IMG/VR virus record: IMGVR_UViG_3300045988_156067 | Reading direction: 5' to 3' (one strand) | Source of the DNA: a virus | DNA: 35,026 nt | In this document: in pieces, positions 31,156 through 35,026 of the stretch | How the letters are laid out: the number at the start of each line of letters is the position of its first letter | Numbering within the stretch: position 1 is the first letter of the stretch | Made by a program: the position numbers and the translations under genes | Notes under the pieces: model-generated | Seen by the model: only the letters and a program-made list of their open reading frames with translations | Databases searched by the model: none | Told to the model about the DNA's origin: nothing

Positions 31156-31353
31156 ATGTACATAAGATATACAAATTATAAAACAGGAATGCAACTCGGA
31201 GAAAATGACAGCGTTTTGATGTCATTGCAAGAATTTTTAGACGGCGGAAAAGATTTGGAGGACGTGCCGGTTACGATTACGCCGGACGGAGAACCACCGA
31301 CGGAAGAAACGGAAGAAGAACCTGATGTCAGTGAAGAGGAGGCGGCCGAATGA
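31156..31353 (+). CDS. Small acidic hypothetical protein upstream of the holin
   Basis: Internal ATG of track ORF 31087, with an AAGGAGAG SD. The C-terminus is EPPTEETEEEPDVSEEEAAE. Confidence 0.55.
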   Translation: MYIRYTNYKTGMQLGENDSVLMSLQEFLDGGKDLEDVPVTITPDGEPPTEETEEEPDVSEEEAAE

Positions 31354-31760
31354 AAGAATGGATTTGTGCAGCAGCCGGAACGGTCGGCGGTCTGATTGCT
31401 GGACTGTTTGGGGGATGGGATGCGGCGATCAGAGCCTTACTGGTTTTTATGGCGATTGATTACCTGATGGGGTTAGCTTGTGCAGGGATTTTTCAAAAAT
31501 CCCCGAAAACAGAATCAGGCGGCTTACAATCTAAAGTTGGCTGGAAAGGTTTGTGCCGTAAGGTTGCAACGCTTGCACTTGTTGTGGTTGCCGTGCAGGT
31601 GGACGCTGTCCTGCATACGTCCTACGTGAGAGATGGCGTTTGTATCGCATTTATGGCAAACGAGTTGATTTCAATGGTTGAAAACGTGGGATTGATGGGT
31701 GTGCAGTTCCCCGAACCACTCCGAAAAGCGATTGATTTGTTACAGAAAAAGGACAAATAA
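31350..31760 (+). CDS. Holin (Phage_holin_4_1 / TcdE-like family)
   Basis: It has three hydrophobic helices, the conserved MAIDYLMG...S.VGWKGL.RKV and MANELISMVENVGLMGV motifs, and sits directly upstream of the endolysin. Confidence 0.9.
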   Translation: MKEWICAAAGTVGGLIAGLFGGWDAAIRALLVFMAIDYLMGLACAGIFQKSPKTESGGLQSKVGWKGLCRKVATLALVVVAVQVDAVLHTSYVRDGVCIAFMANELISMVENVGLMGVQFPEPLRKAIDLLQKKDK

Positions 31761-31774
31761 GAAAGGGTGATAGG

Positions 31775-32962
31775 ATGTCAGTGAATCATTATGATTATAA
31801 CGATAATACCCAGCTTTCCCCGCATTTCAATGCACGTGAATTCCGGTGTCAGTGTGGACAATCACACGAAACTTTGATTGCATCTGAATTGGTCGACAAG
31901 CTGGAAGCCCTCTATACTGCCCTGAATTGCAGTAAAATCATCGTGACAAGTGGCTACCGCTGCCCAGAGCATGACAAGGCGGTTGGCGGTACGAGCAGCG
32001 GTCAGCATACCAAAGGCACTGCTGCAGATGTCTGCTGTTACGGGCAGGACGGGCAGCCGATCAGCAGCAAAACGGTATGCTGCAAGGCTCAGGATTTAGG
32101 CTTTGGCGGTATTGCCAACATCACAAGTAGTTACCAGTACACGCATCTGGATGTCCGCACAGGATACCGCTGGCTGGGTGACGAGACAAAAGGCAATGGC
32201 ACGGTTACAGATGACTTTTACAAGTACTTTGGCATTGCAAAAACACAGCGGTCATCTGGAAGCATGGCAAAAGGCATTGATGTATCCTATGCACAAGGTG
32301 TGATTGCCTGGGAAAAAGTAAAAGCATCCGGATTGGTGGATTTTGCGATTCTTCGGGCAGGCTATGGCAAAGAAACTTCTCAGATTGATGACCAATTCAG
32401 TCGAAACTATGCTGCCTGCAAGCGGTTGGGCATTCCGGTCGGTGTTTACTGGTATAGTTATGCTACCACTGCTGCCGAAGCAGAACAGGAAGCAAAGGTT
32501 TGCCTGCAAACAATTCGGGGGAAACAGTTTGAATATCCAGTTGCATTCGACATCGAAGAGGCTCGCTGCCTTCCACAAGCAGATGAGTTATGCACTGCCT
32601 TTTGCACTGCGTTGGAAAATGCCGGTTATTATACGGCAATTTATACATTCAAATCTGCCTTGGAAAGTAATTTCAGTGCAGCGGTCAAAAATCGCTATGA
32701 TATTTTTCTGTCCCATATTGGCGTACAGCAAACAGATTATGCTGGGTCTTATGGACTATGGCAGTATAGCTGGACGGGCTGTATTTTGGGCATTTCTGGC
32801 GATGTGGATTTGGATTATGCCTACAAAGATTATCCAACCATGATACAGAATGCCGGATTAAACGGATTCACGAAAGCAACGCAGACGACTGAACCGGACA
32901 CCGAAGAATCCACGCTACAGCAAATTCTGAAGCATGTGGCTTCTCTGGATGCAAAGCTATAA
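31775..32962 (+). CDS. Bifunctional endolysin: N-terminal M15-type zinc peptidase plus GH25 muramidase
   Basis: The N-terminus is FNAREFRCQCG...VTSGYRCPEHDKAVGGTSSGQHTKGTAADV...YTHLDVR. The C-terminus is KGIDVSYAQGVIAWEKVKASGLVDFAILRAGYG...GVYWYSYA...WQYS..G...GISGDVDLDYAY. Confidence 0.92.
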   Translation: MSVNHYDYNDNTQLSPHFNAREFRCQCGQSHETLIASELVDKLEALYTALNCSKIIVTSGYRCPEHDKAVGGTSSGQHTKGTAADVCCYGQDGQPISSKTVCCKAQDLGFGGIANITSSYQYTHLDVRTGYRWLGDETKGNGTVTDDFYKYFGIAKTQRSSGSMAKGIDVSYAQGVIAWEKVKASGLVDFAILRAGYGKETSQIDDQFSRNYAACKRLGIPVGVYWYSYATTAAEAEQEAKVCLQTIRGKQFEYPVAFDIEEARCLPQADELCTAFCTALENAGYYTAIYTFKSALESNFSAAVKNRYDIFLSHIGVQQTDYAGSYGLWQYSWTGCILGISGDVDLDYAYKDYPTMIQNAGLNGFTKATQTTEPDTEESTLQQILKHVASLDAKL

Positions 32963-32994
32963 TTTTCATCGACAAAATTCGACAAGCAACTTTA

Positions 32995-33024
32995 TTGACA
33001 AATCATGAAAAAGTATGGTATACT
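32995..33024 (+). promoter_or_regulatory. Candidate promoter TTGACA-18 bp-TGgTATACT
   Basis: TTGACA at 32995..33000 and TATACT at 33019..33024, with a TG at 33016..33017. Only about 70 nt separate it from the next terminator and there is no ORF in between. Confidence 0.45.
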
Positions 33025-33058
33025 GTACTTGTCGCAAATTTTACTTTATTCTAATGCA

Positions 33059-33103
33059 AAACCGCCCTATCGGATTCATCCGGTAAGGCGGTTTCATTTT
33101 TTT
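33059..33103. terminator. Long hairpin plus T7 run: terminator of the late/lysis operon, shared with the convergent int gene
   Basis: AAACCGCC at 33059..33066 pairs with GGCGGTTT at 33087..33094. An inner stem is ATCGGA/TCCGGT. CATTTTTTT follows. Confidence 0.75.
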
Positions 33104-33115
33104 ATGCGTCCCCTA

Positions 33116-34612
33116 TTATACTATTTTCTTTTTGCAAAAATAATGAAATGTTGTACATAAAATAGTTTGCCGGCTCCCGCAACCCGAAATATGTACGCCT
33201 ACTTCCAAATCACAATCACCGTTTGGATGGGCATATATTTTCACCATAGATTTGCAAATCTGCTTTGTATCTGTGTCTAACTGCTTAACTGCATTCTGAA
33301 AAAGTTGTTCCAGCTTCTCCACACTGACCGGCTTTTTCTCTTCTCCACGCCGAATAATATCTTCTAATTCCGATTTCCGCACACGCAGCCGAAACATTTC
33401 TTCTTGTAATTCTGGGTAGTCAATCCCCTTTAAAATCGCCTTTGTACCATTGTTCAGCTGAAAAATAATGTCTGCCAGTTCTTTTCGTTCTGCTTTAAGG
33501 TCAACAGATGCACCATTAATTTCATCTGCAACCTGCTGTGCCATTTGAGAAAAATCCAAATCAGATAGATATTGTTTCAAGTTCTGTACCACAAATACTT
33601 CCAATTCTTCTGCGTTCAGATTTTTCGCATAGCAGGTATGATTCCGGTACTTGTTCCCACAGCAATAATATCTGGTAGAATATCCCTTCTTATTTGTAGA
33701 CGTATGCCCAACATAATTTGCACCGCATTCTGTGCACTCAATCAATCCAGACAGTAAATAGCTGCGTTTTGCTTTGTTACAAGCACGCTGTTTTTTATCA
33801 TTCATTCGTATTTGCACCGCTTCCCATGTATCTTTATCAATAATCGCCGGTATACTGTCTTCAATCCGGACAGCGTTTTCATTCGGGATGTTTCCAGCAT
33901 ACTTCCCCATGATTTTATGATGATACTTGCACCAGCTATAAACACCAATATATCGTTCATTTCGCAGCAGATAGTGTAAACTATTCTTTCCGATAACCCT
34001 TCCACGTTTGCCACGTACTTCCCCAATCTCTGCTAAAATTTCGCCATAGCTCTTCCCTGCTGCATACATCCGATAAATTTTCTGAACAATCTCCGCTTCT
34101 GCTGGATTGATGACATATCTTCCATTCACAACATTATAGCCGAAATTTGGCGTACCGCCTAAGAATTGCCCGGTCTTCGCTTTAGTGGCAATGCTATCCA
34201 TAGATTTTTGGCGACTGGTCAACACATGATGCTGCCCCAACCCAACCGTGATTAATTCTGTTAAGTAATCAGAGGGGTTCAAAATATCCCCAATGCGGTC
34301 TTCCACGGATATTACTTGAATCCCTAAAATCGCCATTTGTTTCCGGAAGCCGAACCAGTCCGACACATCACGGCTTCCCCGGCTGATGTCGTAAATCACA
34401 ACGGCATCAAACTTTCGCTGTGCAGCATCTTTGCAGAGTTGTTGGAATGCTGGTCGCTGGGTATTCGTGCCGCTCTTGGCTTCGTCCGTGTACCGGGCTA
34501 TTACTGTGATACTGTGGTCATTGCAGTACTCCTCAATTTTCCGCATCTGGTAAGCAATACTGCTCTCTGTCTGATGCTCTGTGCTGTATCTTGCATATGC
34601 TGCTGCTTGCAT
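33116..34612 (-). CDS. int: Large serine recombinase (phage integrase)
   Basis: The resolvase-type N-terminus AAYARYSTEHQ..SI..Q carries the catalytic Ser. The recombinase domain includes YLLRNERYIGVY. A zinc ribbon reads LIECTECGANY...YYCCGNKYRNHTC. The C-terminal region is predicted to form a coiled coil. Confidence 0.95.
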   Translation of the reverse strand: MQAAAYARYSTEHQTESSIAYQMRKIEEYCNDHSITVIARYTDEAKSGTNTQRPAFQQLCKDAAQRKFDAVVIYDISRGSRDVSDWFGFRKQMAILGIQVISVEDRIGDILNPSDYLTELITVGLGQHHVLTSRQKSMDSIATKAKTGQFLGGTPNFGYNVVNGRYVINPAEAEIVQKIYRMYAAGKSYGEILAEIGEVRGKRGRVIGKNSLHYLLRNERYIGVYSWCKYHHKIMGKYAGNIPNENAVRIEDSIPAIIDKDTWEAVQIRMNDKKQRACNKAKRSYLLSGLIECTECGANYVGHTSTNKKGYSTRYYCCGNKYRNHTCYAKNLNAEELEVFVVQNLKQYLSDLDFSQMAQQVADEINGASVDLKAERKELADIIFQLNNGTKAILKGIDYPELQEEMFRLRVRKSELEDIIRRGEEKKPVSVEKLEQLFQNAVKQLDTDTKQICKSMVKIYAHPNGDCDLEVGVHISGCGSRQTILCTTFHYFCKKKIV

Positions 34613-34626
34613 TTTGCACTTCCTCC

Positions 34627-34655
34627 TTGCATTTTTTGAGAGAATGTGCTATAAT
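34627..34655 (+). promoter_or_regulatory. Candidate promoter TTGCAT-17 bp-TGcTATAAT, divergent from int; its -10 lies inside the palindrome
   Basis: TTGCAT at 34627..34632 and TATAAT at 34650..34655. The same palindrome also provides TGcTATAAT on the minus strand (34685..34677), facing int. Confidence 0.4.
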
Positions 34656-34684
34656 AGTACCGTTCTGGTTTGGACTATTATAGC
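34648..34684. repeat. Perfect 11-bp inverted repeat GCTATAATAGT-N15-ACTATTATAGC (attP-core or operator candidate)
   Basis: Arms at 34648..34658 and 34674..34684 are exact reverse complements. The spacer is accgttctggtttgg. Confidence 0.9.
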
Positions 34685-34712
34685 AATAGTTCCCTCTTGC
34701 CGCTTCACGGTT

Positions 34713-34737
34713 GCCGCCGTGGGGCGGCTTTTTTTTT
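34713..34737 (+). terminator. Strong + strand intrinsic terminator (GCCGCC-gtgg-GGCGGC followed by T9)
   Basis: Read directly. On the minus strand the hairpin is preceded rather than followed by the homopolymer run, so it should not stop immA-to-int read-through. Confidence 0.75.
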
Positions 34738-34770
34738 CATTTTCGTGACCTCACGAGAATGATTGCTTTT

Positions 34771-35026
34771 TCACTGATTGTTGATAAACTGTTGAAACTG
34801 TTCAAATACCTGCCGTTCCAGCGGATGCGTCAGAAATTTATTTCTTGCAAGCAAGATTTGCATCCTTCTGGAGCGAATTTCTGCCGCCTGCATGGACACA
34901 TTGCAAAGTGCGGCAATTTCTTTCGCTGTGGTAGCATGCAACGCCCACAGCACACAAGCCGGCATCAGGCAACCCACTGCAAAACGGTCAGCTTCTTGCT
35001 CCTCTTCGGTGCGACCGCTGTCCCGA
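34771..35026 (-). CDS. immA: ImmA/IrrE metallopeptidase C-terminal part; 34886..35026 duplicates 1..141
   Basis: The track ORF 34771..34977 fragment ...GCLMPACVLWALHATTAKEIAALCNVSMQAAEIRSRRMQILLARNKF... is contiguous in frame with the 1..413 part. Confidence 0.85.
   Translation of the reverse strand, partial: RDSGRTEEEQEADRFAVGCLMPACVLWALHATTAKEIAALCNVSMQAAEIRSRRMQILLARNKFLTHPLERQVFEQFQQFINNQ
34886..35026. repeat. Right copy of the 141-bp terminal direct repeat
   Basis: Identical to 1..141. Confidence 0.95.

Larger units (their letters stand above)
1..35026. mobile_element. Complete temperate siphovirus-like phage genome, circularly permuted in this window (unique length 34885 bp)
   Basis: Lysogeny, recombination/replication, packaging, head, tail and lysis modules are all present. 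The exact 141-bp terminal redundancy closes the circle and restores a split ORF. Confidence 0.9.

Noticed and set aside
1-35026. Searched by eye for a diversity-generating retroelement or retron, tRNA genes, toxin-antitoxin pairs with known folds, methyltransferases and HNH endonucleases.
   Set aside because: I saw no reverse-transcriptase motifs (YxDD), no cloverleaf-like tRNA candidates, and no methyltransferase or HNH signatures in any ORF. A tRNA or ncRNA scan would be needed to exclude small RNA genes formally.

Overview
The window is a complete, circularly assembled temperate siphovirus-type phage genome from a Gram-positive (Firmicutes/Clostridia-like) host. Strong GGAGG Shine-Dalgarno sites and sigma-A type promoters support the host call. 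Positions 1..141 are identical to 34886..35026. Joining the ends restores one ImmA-type metallopeptidase ORF and gives a unique length of 34885 bp. The minus-strand lysogeny operon reads XRE repressor, ImmA, large serine integrase. It faces a divergent consensus-promoter switch with three palindromic operators. The + strand early region holds a reverse-oriented moron with its own promoter, an AntA/KilAC antirepressor, many small Cys-rich proteins, Erf annealase, an ERCC4-like nuclease and SSB. It also holds a replication organiser containing a phased iteron array, a Lar-like anti-restriction protein and a sigma-region-4-like late regulator. The late operon begins with TerS, TerL and an SPP1-type portal. 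Next comes a MuF/gp7 head protein with an AT-rich extra C-terminal domain and a coupled small gene, followed by a moron island (YjcQ-like wHTH, small conserved protein, CPPC thioredoxin). Scaffold, capsid, connectors and major tail protein follow. The G/GT chaperones carry a T_TTT_TTA slip site, and the Dit- and Tal-like genes sit upstream of the tape measure. The operon ends with an LRR protein, a collagen/beta-helix/LRR fibre, a holin and an M15+GH25 endolysin. I saw no rRNA, tRNA, CRISPR array or reverse transcriptase by eye. The best leads, in order: (1) the MuF C-terminal cargo domain plus its translationally coupled partner, a candidate virion-delivered effector/immunity pair of unknown activity. 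(2) A consensus promoter followed at once by an intrinsic terminator in front of the packaging genes, suggesting lambda PR'-tR'-like antitermination logic. (3) The out-of-frame 11-bp iteron array inside the replication gene. (4) The independently promoted reverse-strand gene next to the immunity switch. All family assignments come from reading motifs by eye, not from searches.
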